Shown here: in pieces, positions 18,484 through 27,318 of the stretch
Layout of the letters: each line of letters begins with the position of its first letter
Position numbering within the stretch: the stretch's first letter is position 1
Assembly (NCBI GenBank): GCA_021845665.1
Contig: JAJZVO010000008.1
Span: 12,448-76,447 of the forward strand
Reading direction: 5' to 3'
DNA length: 64,000 nucleotides
DNA from: Bacteroidota bacterium
Lineage (GTDB): Bacteria; Bacteroidota; Ignavibacteria; Kryptoniales; JAKASW01
Notes under the pieces: generated by a model
Seen by the model: the letters and a program-made list of their open reading frames with translations, nothing else
Database searches by the model: none
What the model was told of the DNA's origin: nothing
Translations under genes and position numbers: made by a program

Positions 18484-20919
18484 CTACAATTCCGTTTGAT
18501 CTGGCCGAACTTTTCGGACCAGAATTTCAGCGGAGACACTTCCGAGAGAAGAGTGAGTTGCAGAAATCCTGACAAAACCGCCGGAGTCAGGAATCGACTT
18601 AACCCAGACCGCGCCTACGCCGCCACTCTGTTTCAGATCGAACGGGTTGTCACCGACGATTACGCCGGGGCCCGTAATACCAAACTCGACCTCTCCCTGG
18701 CCATAAAGACGGGGAGTGCCGAACTTGTCCGCGACTCTGAAAGTAAGCCGCGTCGCGTCGATGCCGTCGCCTTTCAATTCCTTATCGTCGACCTCGACGA
18801 TAAACTTGTCCTGGCTTACATCGGACGAGAACGACCTTGAAAAGACCGGCCTGCCTTTCAAGTAGCCGTCGATTCGAAGAGTGGGGTTGCCCGATCCGTC
18901 CATTTCGAGATCGGCAAAGAACGGCGGATGGTTCAGATTCGGGTACCCTTTGCCGTCCGGGTACAACGTTGAGAGATGACGCCCGTCGACATAGAGATCG
19001 AGCCTATCACAGTTAGAAAAGACCGCGGCACTCTTACCGGGCCCGTTTGGGGTATCCGAACCGAAGCTCCAGTAAAAATCGGGATATATGACCGGATGCT
19101 TTTCCGGATCTCCCTGAGCCTGGTAGAAGGAGGCGCCCAGTTTAGGGATCCTAAACACATCCGCGACGCCGGGACATTTCACATTGTGGTACGAATTTAT
19201 CAGGCTTCCATAATCGTAAGCACACCAAGCTATCAAGCCGCTTATCCGTGGATCGTTCCCCGCGCGGCTGTGCGCCTGAGCGTGCCAGATCGCCTGGCTC
19301 TCCTGTATCCCTATGTCGCCTGCCCGGCGATACGTCACATTGAAGCCCTCTTTCGGTTGGGCATAATTGAACTGTCCCACCGCCTCGGTTATCAGGTAAG
19401 GGTACCCTTCCACAGGCTTCTCAATGCCGACGCCGCCGTCAGCGGCCGCGTGATAGTCGTCGTAAGCAAAGACGTCCTGGTGCCATTCGGTCTTCCATGT
19501 TTTCCTGGAGCCCGACGTCATGGTTCCGGAAGTCGGCCGCGAACTATCCAGGGACTTGGCGATTTCACGAGTACGCTTGTAAAGCGTTGGATCGTTCCTC
19601 GACTCGTTCACGCGAACTCCCCAAATGATCACCGAAGGATGATTCCTGTCCCGGATAACCATTTCTCTAACGTCACGAATGAGAAGCTCCTGCCACGCCT
19701 CGTTTCCGATATATCCCCATCCGGGGACTTCTTCCCAGGCCATCAGCCCGAGCTCATCGCAGGCGTCCATGAACGCTTCCGACTGAGGATAATGAGAGCA
19801 GCGTACCATATTACAGTTGAATTCATGCCTGAGAATCTCAGCATCATGGTGCATGACGCGCTGCGGCATGGCGAATCCCACATAGGGGAACAACTCGTGT
19901 CTGTCGAGTCCGAAGATCTGCAGCCTCTTGCCGTTCAGATAGAAGCCGTCAAGCTCAAACTTCGCGTCACGAATTCCGGTTCGCACGCTGTAGTCGTGGA
20001 CCGGACTTCCATTCACCGAAAGAGTCGCAATGACATCGTAGAGCTTCGGCGAATCCACGTGCCAGAGCTTCACGTTGCCGAGATCGGAAAGAGTGAGCGC
20101 GATCTCGTTCGTCCCTGCCTTCTCCACCCTGAAAGTCTTCAACGACTGAGAGACGATGCGGTGTCCGTCGCGAAGCTCCACCGAGAGCTGCACCGGCCCC
20201 TTGACAATTCCACCGGAGTCAACGGTGCAAGTAACATCGATCCTCCTATCCGGATCGAGCACTTTCACAGGCTTGGCAAACACGTCGCTTATGAATGTGT
20301 CGGGAACGACTTCCAGCCGCACGGAGCGCATAATGCCTCCGGGTTCCAGGTAGTCGATGCGCCGGGGACCCTTAGGCGAACCTTCAGGCGGAGTGTTGCT
20401 CCACCGTGAATCCACGATGACGGCCAGGATGTTGCCTGATGTCTTTACCCATTCGGTGATTTCGTACTTAGAAGGAAGGTAGCCCCCGAGATACTGAGGA
20501 AGAGCGTGGCCGTTGATTACAGGGGTGGTACCGACCATCACTCCTTCAAACTTCAAGAAGATCCTGCCCCGCAGTGCATCTGGAGGGAGATCGAAATGCC
20601 TGCGGTAGATCCAAACCTTTTCCCAGTCTGCAGGATCCCAGTTTTGCCAAGACAGGCTGGTGACGCAATGAGGGAGCACGATTTTCGCATAGTCGTCATC
20701 GTTGAACGTCATGCCGAGCCCGGCGCCGTCGAATTTCCCGCCGAATCGCCAGTTCCGGTCGAGCCTATATGCATATACAGCCGGACCAGAGGGAGGATGG
20801 AGCTCAGACGCGGTGCCGAAGGCGCGGCTCCCAAGGACGGAGAAAGCGGCTACTCCGCCGGCTCCGATAGAACAGAGCCGAAGGAAATCTCTCCGCGACA
20901 GCCCGGATAGTTTTGTCAC
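18484..20919 (-). CDS. Glycoside hydrolase family 2 enzyme with twin-arginine (Tat) signal
   Basis: 811 aa. N-terminus MTKLSGLSRRDFLRLCSIGAGGVAAF is a Tat motif. GH2 sugar-binding, Ig-like and TIM domains are present. MVRCSHYPQS and NHPSVIIWGVRVNES form the GH2 acid/base region. Confidence 0.8.
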   Translation of the reverse strand: MTKLSGLSRRDFLRLCSIGAGGVAAFSVLGSRAFGTASELHPPSGPAVYAYRLDRNWRFGGKFDGAGLGMTFNDDDYAKIVLPHCVTSLSWQNWDPADWEKVWIYRRHFDLPPDALRGRIFLKFEGVMVGTTPVINGHALPQYLGGYLPSKYEITEWVKTSGNILAVIVDSRWSNTPPEGSPKGPRRIDYLEPGGIMRSVRLEVVPDTFISDVFAKPVKVLDPDRRIDVTCTVDSGGIVKGPVQLSVELRDGHRIVSQSLKTFRVEKAGTNEIALTLSDLGNVKLWHVDSPKLYDVIATLSVNGSPVHDYSVRTGIRDAKFELDGFYLNGKRLQIFGLDRHELFPYVGFAMPQRVMHHDAEILRHEFNCNMVRCSHYPQSEAFMDACDELGLMAWEEVPGWGYIGNEAWQELLIRDVREMVIRDRNHPSVIIWGVRVNESRNDPTLYKRTREIAKSLDSSRPTSGTMTSGSRKTWKTEWHQDVFAYDDYHAAADGGVGIEKPVEGYPYLITEAVGQFNYAQPKEGFNVTYRRAGDIGIQESQAIWHAQAHSRAGNDPRISGLIAWCAYDYGSLINSYHNVKCPGVADVFRIPKLGASFYQAQGDPEKHPVIYPDFYWSFGSDTPNGPGKSAAVFSNCDRLDLYVDGRHLSTLYPDGKGYPNLNHPPFFADLEMDGSGNPTLRIDGYLKGRPVFSRSFSSDVSQDKFIVEVDDKELKGDGIDATRLTFRVADKFGTPRLYGQGEVEFGITGPGVIVGDNPFDLKQSGGVGAVWVKSIPDSGGFVRISATHSSLGSVSAEILVRKVRPDQTEL

Positions 20920-21055
20920 TTCGTCTTTAATGCTTCTCCCTCACATTCTAAACGACTTGAAAACTCATTTCGATTCGATTTTAAAAAGTCGAACAAAAGA
21001 TGAACCCGGCATAGGGTTCAAGCAAAAGCTGTGACGGGTTAACCGTCCAAGCGAC

Positions 21056-22525
21056 TCACAGTTTGAAGATCACCAGCTTCATTTCGGTCATTTCTTCAAT
21101 TGCGTACTTGAGCCCTTCGCGTCCCAGTCCGCTTTCCTTGACCCCACCGTACGGCATGTGGTCTACCCTGTAGCTCGGCACGTCATTTATTAACACCGCG
21201 CCCGCCTTTATCTCACGGGTAGCTTTCATCGCCTTGCTGAGATCATTTGTGTAAACACCGGCGTTTATCCCGAATCGAGACTTGTTCACAAGGCCAATGG
21301 CTTCATCGAATTTGTCGTAGACAGTGACTCCGACAAGCGGGCCGAACACTTCGTCGCTGAACACTTTCATTTCAGGTTTGACGTCGGTAAGGACCGTCGC
21401 CGCGACCACGTTGCCTTCGCGGTTACCGCCTGTGGCAACCCTGGCGCCCTGTTTCTTGGCTTCTTCGATCCATGAGATCACGCGATCGACATCTTTCTTC
21501 GTGATCAGAGCGGAAACATCGGTAGTCTCATCGAAAGGGTCTCCCACCTTGAGCTTTCCGACGGCCTCGGTGAGCTTCTGCACGAATTCCTTCGCTATAT
21601 CCTTTTGAACGAGTATCCTCTGCGTAGAGATGCATACCTGACCGGAATGTGCGAAGCCACCCTGCACGCATCTTGTCACAGCTTCGTCGAGCCTCGAAGC
21701 GTCATCCACGATGACCGCCGAATTGGAACCGAGCTCGAAAGTAAACCTTTTGAATCCCGCGACGTCCCGGATATGCTTTCCAACCTCCGGGCTTCCCGTG
21801 AAGGATACCATCACTACTCGCTGGTCCTTCACAAGCTGTTCGCCCACCGACGAGCTGCCGGTCACAACATTCAACACGCCCTTAGGCAGTCCCGCTTGCT
21901 CCATGATCTCAGCAAGCTTCAACGCGATTATGGGCGTCGACGATGCTGGTTTGAGTACGACTGTGTTGCCCGCGGCTATCGCCGGCGCGACTTTGTGCGC
22001 GACAAGGTTAAGCGGGGCGTTGAACGGCGAGATTGCCGCTATTACACCGATCGGCTCTCGCAACGTGTAGGAGACGCGGCCCGCACCTGCCGGTACCGCG
22101 TCGAGAGGGATAGTTTCGCCGTGGATTCTCTTGGCTTCCTCTGCCGCGAAAACGAACGTATCGGCAGCTCTCGCCACTTCTCCCCTCGATTCTTTTATTA
22201 CCTTGCTGTTCTCGGACGTGATCGTCCTTGCAAGATCCTCGGAATGTTGCCTGATCAGATCGGCAGTCTTGCTCAGCACGAGATATCTTTCGTAAGGAGT
22301 GCTGGCTGAAAAAGTCTCGAACGCTCTGGAGGCCGCATTCAAAGCGGAGTCTACCTGCTCCGGATTGGCAACCGGAACACGACCGACGAGCGATCCGTCG
22401 TAAGGTGATTTGACCTCGAATGAATTCCCGGAGAAGACCCATTCTCCGCCGATGTACATCCGGTAGTCTTTTCCGTCGCTCCCGGCAGATTTCAATTTGT
22501 TTATTTTTGTTTCTCCTTGTGCCAT
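21056..22525 (-). CDS. NAD(P)+ aldehyde dehydrogenase (lactaldehyde/GapN-like)
   Basis: 489 aa with ALDH motifs: VVLKPAS, FTGSPEVGKHI, ELGSNSAVIV, GQVCIS (catalytic Cys), PYGGVKESGLGREG. Confidence 0.85.
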   Translation of the reverse strand: MAQGETKINKLKSAGSDGKDYRMYIGGEWVFSGNSFEVKSPYDGSLVGRVPVANPEQVDSALNAASRAFETFSASTPYERYLVLSKTADLIRQHSEDLARTITSENSKVIKESRGEVARAADTFVFAAEEAKRIHGETIPLDAVPAGAGRVSYTLREPIGVIAAISPFNAPLNLVAHKVAPAIAAGNTVVLKPASSTPIIALKLAEIMEQAGLPKGVLNVVTGSSSVGEQLVKDQRVVMVSFTGSPEVGKHIRDVAGFKRFTFELGSNSAVIVDDASRLDEAVTRCVQGGFAHSGQVCISTQRILVQKDIAKEFVQKLTEAVGKLKVGDPFDETTDVSALITKKDVDRVISWIEEAKKQGARVATGGNREGNVVAATVLTDVKPEMKVFSDEVFGPLVGVTVYDKFDEAIGLVNKSRFGINAGVYTNDLSKAMKATREIKAGAVLINDVPSYRVDHMPYGGVKESGLGREGLKYAIEEMTEMKLVIFKL

Positions 22526-22526
22526 T

Positions 22527-23495
22527 TCATACTCCTGTATTTGGGATCGGGAAATTCACATAATTAACCGCAGCCTCACCGCGCAGGACGCGCGCAATGT
22601 CGGCAGCCACAGAATCAATCACCTTCTCCTGGGCTTCGATCGTGAGACCTGCGACGTGCGGCGTGAGTATCACATTGTTCATGCGGTTCAACTCCGTTTC
22701 TGACGGAGGTTCCTTTTCTCTCACGTCGAGTCCGGCTCCGGCAATGACATTCTCTTTCAGGGCGCGTATCAGGTCCTTTTCAAGGATGGTTTCGCCTCTC
22801 CCTGTGTTAATAATAACAGCACCGGGTTTCATTAGTTTCAGTCTGGAATAGTCGATCAACCCGATCGTGTCCTCGTTTCGTGGAAGATGGCAGGAGACAA
22901 TATCAGAGTTTGCCAGGACATCTTCGAGAGACATCAACACTGCTCCCGATTCCGTCACTGTGAAATCGAGCGGTGCAAGAAACTTGTCGTACGCTATGAC
23001 TTTCATTCCGAAGGCCTTGGCACGCATAGCGACGCGGGCACCTACCTTGCCGAAGCCGAGTATGCCGAGGGTCTTTCCGTACATTTCATGGCCGACGAAA
23101 TTGTACCTGTCCCACTCGCCACCGGCGGTCGACACATGGGAACGAGGCAGCTTGCGATACAGACCGAGCATCAATGCGAACGCATGTTCGGCCGTTGAAA
23201 TGGTGTTCTCGTTTGGAGCATAGCTTACGACGATCCCCCGCTTACTAGCGGCCTTGACGTCGATGTTATCATAACCAACGCCGGCCCGGCCTATGATCAC
23301 AAGCGACTTGGCGGCCTCTATCAGCTGGCTGTCGACTTTGGTCTGATTTCTTACGATTATGGCCTTCGCCTTCTCGATGTGACCGACCAGCTTTTCCCTT
23401 TCTTTCCAGAGATTGCCGTCACGAAGGACCTTGAATTGAGTTTCCAGACGGCCAATCGCTTCGCCGTCGATATTTTCTGTAATAAGTACGTCCAT
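22527..23495 (-). CDS. D-isomer-specific 2-hydroxyacid dehydrogenase (SerA/PGDH-like)
   Basis: 322 aa with GILGFGKVGARVA (NAD fold), NTGRGETI, LDVREKEP and TPHVAG. Its start lies 1 nt after the stop of the upstream... correction: its stop codon (22527..22529) lies 1 nt before the aldehyde dehydrogenase start (22525). Confidence 0.8.
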   Translation of the reverse strand: MDVLITENIDGEAIGRLETQFKVLRDGNLWKEREKLVGHIEKAKAIIVRNQTKVDSQLIEAAKSLVIIGRAGVGYDNIDVKAASKRGIVVSYAPNENTISTAEHAFALMLGLYRKLPRSHVSTAGGEWDRYNFVGHEMYGKTLGILGFGKVGARVAMRAKAFGMKVIAYDKFLAPLDFTVTESGAVLMSLEDVLANSDIVSCHLPRNEDTIGLIDYSRLKLMKPGAVIINTGRGETILEKDLIRALKENVIAGAGLDVREKEPPSETELNRMNNVILTPHVAGLTIEAQEKVIDSVAADIARVLRGEAAVNYVNFPIPNTGV

Positions 23496-23507
23496 CTGAA
23501 TGCCTGT

Positions 23508-24227
23508 TTAAAGTGAAATCGAATTGCGGACGAACTCTTCAAATTTCTTGTCCATGTCGGACGAGGGGAGCAGAAGCTCTCTCGTGCTGACGAGATGTTT
23601 GCGCATCGCTTCTTCAGCCTGATCCGCGTTCATGCTGAGAAGGGCCATAATGATTTGCTTATGTTCGCCTATCGTAGTTTCCATCCTCCCCGGCATATGT
23701 CCGGAGATGAATCTTATCCGGTGGATTTGCCCCATCAGGTTATTTATGATCCTGTGCGCCCGTTTGTTTCCTGCGGCGACGAGGATAAGGTTATGGAGTC
23801 TAGAGTCCGCCTCAAACGAGACTATACTGTCCTGAAGCTCGATAGCCACGTCAAGCTGTCTGCTTATGTCCTTTAGTTCCATCAGATACTGTTCGGTCAT
23901 TTTGTCTGCCGCGGAGCGGGCGGCGGCAGTCTCAATGGAAGTTCGTATCTCGAGCACCTCTTCAATGTCTTCAGGAGTAAGCTCCGAAACAAAGACGCCC
24001 CTATTGGGAATTACCCTGACAAGGTCTTCCTGCTCGAGCTTCCTCAATATTTCTCTAATAGGGGTACGGCTCATGCCGAAACTCTGGGCAAGCTCGTCCT
24101 CTCGGATCGCCTGCCCCGCTTTCAGCTTCTGGGAGATAATATCCGCCCTCAGAGTCTGAAACACCATTTCCTTCGTCTTTTTACGGGCCGGTTTCGGAAG
24201 CCCGGATTGCGTCCTGCGGGATTTCAT
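23508..24227 (-). CDS. GntR-family transcriptional regulator (FadR/FCD subfamily)
   Basis: 239 aa. Winged HTH (DELAQSFGMSRTPIREILRKLEQEDLVRVIPNRGVFV) plus an all-helical C-terminal FCD-like domain. It is the first gene of the minus-strand catabolic operon. Confidence 0.85.
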   Translation of the reverse strand: MKSRRTQSGLPKPARKKTKEMVFQTLRADIISQKLKAGQAIREDELAQSFGMSRTPIREILRKLEQEDLVRVIPNRGVFVSELTPEDIEEVLEIRTSIETAAARSAADKMTEQYLMELKDISRQLDVAIELQDSIVSFEADSRLHNLILVAAGNKRAHRIINNLMGQIHRIRFISGHMPGRMETTIGEHKQIIMALLSMNADQAEEAMRKHLVSTRELLLPSSDMDKKFEEFVRNSISL

Positions 24228-24995
24228 CTTTCCTCTTCCTGATTAATTTGACAGCTCGATCGCCGATCGGCGAGGCGAAGCTCATCCTTGAAGCCAGATG
24301 GAAATAGGTCGGGCACCGTGGCAGCATCGTATTCACTTTAAGATGATGGCGTATCCCGATAAATATACAACGGCGGCAGCAAGAATCGCCGGGCCACTCT
24401 TACCCGGCTAATACATGGGTGGATCGCGCCCTCGCCACCCCCGATACAGCTTCGCCATCTGAGTCACAGTACCTGGTTGGGATGGCCACCCCGAAAGCTG
24501 AAGTCATCGATGAAAGCCGCTATATTGCGCGGGAATCAGTCTGCGGCTCGCCAGTTTCTGCCGCAAGGCGGCATCCGAACTGCGGCCTTGTTGTGACGCA
24601 AAGTTCACGGGGCGTGTTCAGGGGCGATATTTCTGGTGCGAAAGCGTTATACATTATTGTATACAAAGGCGTGTTCAATATAGTACCGGGTGGCAAAGCT
24701 GTCAAGAGCCGCCGCCATTTTTTTTGCACCGACCGGGAAGGAGTGCAGCGGGGCCCGACGCCAGGGAAAGCGGGCCCATCAACAGACCCGGAAAATGTCG
24801 GACTTCGGGGGAACGACTTCCGATAGTACGTTAACCGGGTCGGAATTGCGGCGGTATTTCTGCCATCCCGTCCGAACTAAATTGGTACACAAATTGAGCC
24901 GCGCACCATCTCTCGGAGAAATGGGACGGCCATCCCCTCACGTTGCGGAAGAACATGATTAGCGCAGCACCCCCGCACTGCGAAATGCTACAGGG

Positions 24996-25286
24996 TCAAC
25001 ACGATCCGCGTTCGACGACAACCTCGCAAACAGAAGCTGGCAAGATCAAGACGCTCCCCACCCGCGCGAACGGTTCCATGAACTTCTCCACCTGCCCTTT
25101 GTCGGTCGCTTCCACGATCAGGTACAGGGTATGGGCCCCGTCTACCACCGCTTCAGAATCGATCTTCACGCCATACTTTCCTGCATTCTCACCGGAGAGG
25201 TGCATCAAAAGCATCGGTCCCATTTCCCTGTTTCTTGCGGGACAAGTCGAGTCGGTGTGCTTATGTTGGACAACATATAGTGACAT
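24996..25286 (-). CDS. Small conserved-looking protein of unknown function, last gene of the cysteine operon
   Basis: 96 aa: MSLYVVQHKHTDSTCPARN...LILPASVCEVVVERGSC. Same strand, 31 nt downstream of the E1 fusion gene. No family recognised. Confidence 0.5.
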   Translation of the reverse strand: MSLYVVQHKHTDSTCPARNREMGPMLLMHLSGENAGKYGVKIDSEAVVDGAHTLYLIVEATDKGQVEKFMEPFARVGSVLILPASVCEVVVERGSC

Positions 25287-25317
25287 CTATTTTCCCTTTC
25301 GTCGAATTCACTGAGTT

Positions 25318-26769
25318 TTAGTATCGGGGCAGAGTGGGATCTATTTTGTTAGTCCACTCATCGATTCCGCCGATAAGGTTCCTGACATACTTGAATCCCC
25401 GCTGCCTCAAATACGCTGCAGCCTTTGCACTTCGTCCTCCCATCTTGCAGTGTATCACTATCTCACGAGACGGATCGAGCTCGCCGATCCTTTTCGGCAA
25501 TTCCGATAATGGAATAAGCGGCACACCAAGATTGACGATCTCATACTCGCGCGGTTCACGGACATCGAGTATGAAGACGTTCTCTCCGTCATCGAGACGG
25601 GCTTTCAACTGCTCCACAGTGATCTCGGTTTTCTCGTCGACAGCCGGTCGGGATATGCCGGTCTTGTCTATGCCGCAAAATTGCTCGTAGTCTATCAATG
25701 CACGTATCGTCGGACTGTCGCCGCAGATCGGGCACTCCGAATTCTTTCTAAGTTTGAGTTCGCGAAACGTGAACTTGAGCGCATCGAAAAGTACGAGTCT
25801 GCCGATCAGAGGATTTCCCTCGCCGAGGAGTTGCTTGATTACCTCTAGCGCCTGCAGGCTCCCGATTATTCCGGGCAGCACCCCCAGCACTCCGCCCTCT
25901 GCGCAGCTCGGTACCAGGCCGGGAGGCGGCGGCGCAGGATACAGGCATCTGTAGCAGGGCCCCCGTCTTGCGTCGAAGACGCTTACCTGGCCGTCGAACC
26001 GCAATATGGATCCGTAGACGTTTGGCTTTCCCAGAAGGACGCACGCGTCATTCACAAGGTACCTTGTAGGGAAGTTGTCGGTGCCGTCTACAACCACATC
26101 GTAATCGGCAAACAAGTCCAGAGCATTGTCCGAGGAAAGCCTGGTTTCGTAAGTTTCTATGGATATGTTCGGGTTTATCCCTTCGAGTGTCTCGCGTGCA
26201 GAATCGAGCTTGGATCTGCCGATATCCCGAGTCGAGTGAAGAATCTGCCGCTGGAGATTTGTCTGGTCGACTACGTCGAAGTCGACGATTCCCAATTTCC
26301 CTACTCCTGCCGCTGCAAGATACATTCCAACAGGTGATCCAAGCCCGCCGGCTCCAATCATCAATACTTTCCCGGACTTGAGTTTCTTCTGCCCATCCAT
26401 ACCGACCTCGGGAATAATAAGGTGCCTGCTGTAGCGCAGCACCTCGTCGTTCGAGAGTTGGATTTCGCTCTCTACCTCCTGAATATCCGCATCCGCCCCT
26501 CCGGCTATCGACGGGATAATGCTTATCGTGTCCTTCTCACCGACGGCGGTTTTTTCCTTAGCCAGATACCTTATGTCTTCATCGTTCACATAAATATTCA
26601 CATAGCTTCTGAATGTGCCGTCCTCAGAATAGAGGTGTTGTCTTATCTGATCGAATCCTTCAGTCAGGTTAGTCAGGACCTCCCCGACTGTGGCTCCTTC
26701 GACCTCGACCACGTCTTTTTTGCCGGTAAAGGGGCGGAGGGGAGTGGGGATTAGAACTTTTATTGCCAT
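25318..26769 (-). CDS. moeZ: Fusion protein: CysO/ThiS/MoaD-like ubiquitin-like sulfur carrier + MoeZ/MoeB E1-like adenylyltransferase + rhodanese
   Basis: Start taken at the second ATG (26769), with AGGAGC 8 nt upstream. Residues 1-91 form a beta-grasp module ending IIPSIAGG (GG at 26502..26497). Then come the E1 domain (LMIGAGGLGSP, DFDVVDQTNLQRQ, CYRC...CPIC) and rhodanese (IVIHCKMGGRSAKAA). Confidence 0.85.
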   Translation of the reverse strand: MAIKVLIPTPLRPFTGKKDVVEVEGATVGEVLTNLTEGFDQIRQHLYSEDGTFRSYVNIYVNDEDIRYLAKEKTAVGEKDTISIIPSIAGGADADIQEVESEIQLSNDEVLRYSRHLIIPEVGMDGQKKLKSGKVLMIGAGGLGSPVGMYLAAAGVGKLGIVDFDVVDQTNLQRQILHSTRDIGRSKLDSARETLEGINPNISIETYETRLSSDNALDLFADYDVVVDGTDNFPTRYLVNDACVLLGKPNVYGSILRFDGQVSVFDARRGPCYRCLYPAPPPPGLVPSCAEGGVLGVLPGIIGSLQALEVIKQLLGEGNPLIGRLVLFDALKFTFRELKLRKNSECPICGDSPTIRALIDYEQFCGIDKTGISRPAVDEKTEITVEQLKARLDDGENVFILDVREPREYEIVNLGVPLIPLSELPKRIGELDPSREIVIHCKMGGRSAKAAAYLRQRGFKYVRNLIGGIDEWTNKIDPTLPRY

Positions 26770-26850
26770 TTTATTGCTCCTCATTTCTCGATCTAAAAAT
26801 TGTCGGTATCATACTACGGGCAGTCTGTCGCGATTTTCGATAAGACCAAC

Positions 26851-27318
26851 TCAAACCGGTCCGGCTCTCTTTCCAACGTCGGCTGAATCTCGCAGATTCT
26901 GCTCGACCGAGAGGTGCCTTTCCAGGAATTTATCCCTCGATTCTGAGAGCTCCCAGGCAGTCATCACTTTAGCTTCGCCTCGATCGACCGCCAGGACGAC
27001 GTAGGTGAACCAAGGGAGGGCATGCTCTCTGTCAAACTCGGAAGGTATTGCAGGATGATCGGGATGTGAGTGATAGAAACCGAGGAGTTCCAGACCCTTT
27101 TCGGTGGCGATCCTCTCAGCCCGCATATATTCTCCCGGTGTCACAAAGAACCTTCTCCTGCGGTTTTCTTCCTGGTAATTGTGGAGCTCGAACACATCGC
27201 TTACAATCCGCTTCCCGCCATCGGTCTTTCCCAAGATTATTCCGCAACATTCCTCCGGGTAGCAAGACATTCCGTGATTTTCGATTTTGTCAGCCAGCTC
27301 TTTCAGAATGATAACCAT
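26851..27318 (-). CDS. mec: JAMM/MPN+ metalloprotease (Mec+-like)
   Basis: 155 aa with EECCGIILG (catalytic Glu) and GFYHSHPDHPAIPSEFD (the H.H...S..D JAMM motif). Its ATG directly abuts the cysM stop (TGAATG). Confidence 0.85.
   Translation of the reverse strand: MVIILKELADKIENHGMSCYPEECCGIILGKTDGGKRIVSDVFELHNYQEENRRRRFFVTPGEYMRAERIATEKGLELLGFYHSHPDHPAIPSEFDREHALPWFTYVVLAVDRGEAKVMTAWELSESRDKFLERHLSVEQNLRDSADVGKRAGPV

Noticed and set aside
24419-24826. 135-aa plus-strand ORF in the gene-free region.
   Set aside because: Its composition is biased and motif-free. It reads through the GGUGGC..GCCGCC-U8 terminator-like hairpin, and no RBS or operon partner is evident.
24228-24995. Tested the gene-free region by eye for RNase P RNA, tmRNA, SRP/4.5S RNA, cobalamin, SAM-I and c-di-GMP-I riboswitch signatures.
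   Set aside because: There is no GGAAAGUCC P4 element in a correct 5' position and no tRNA-like T-arm or ..CCA end. There is no GGAAGCAGCC SRP motif, no B12 box and no SAM-I core. Only short chance resemblances were found (GGGAAAGCGGGCC, GACGCAAAG, GGUAAGAGUGGCC). The region is kept as an unclassified candidate, not as a named RNA.
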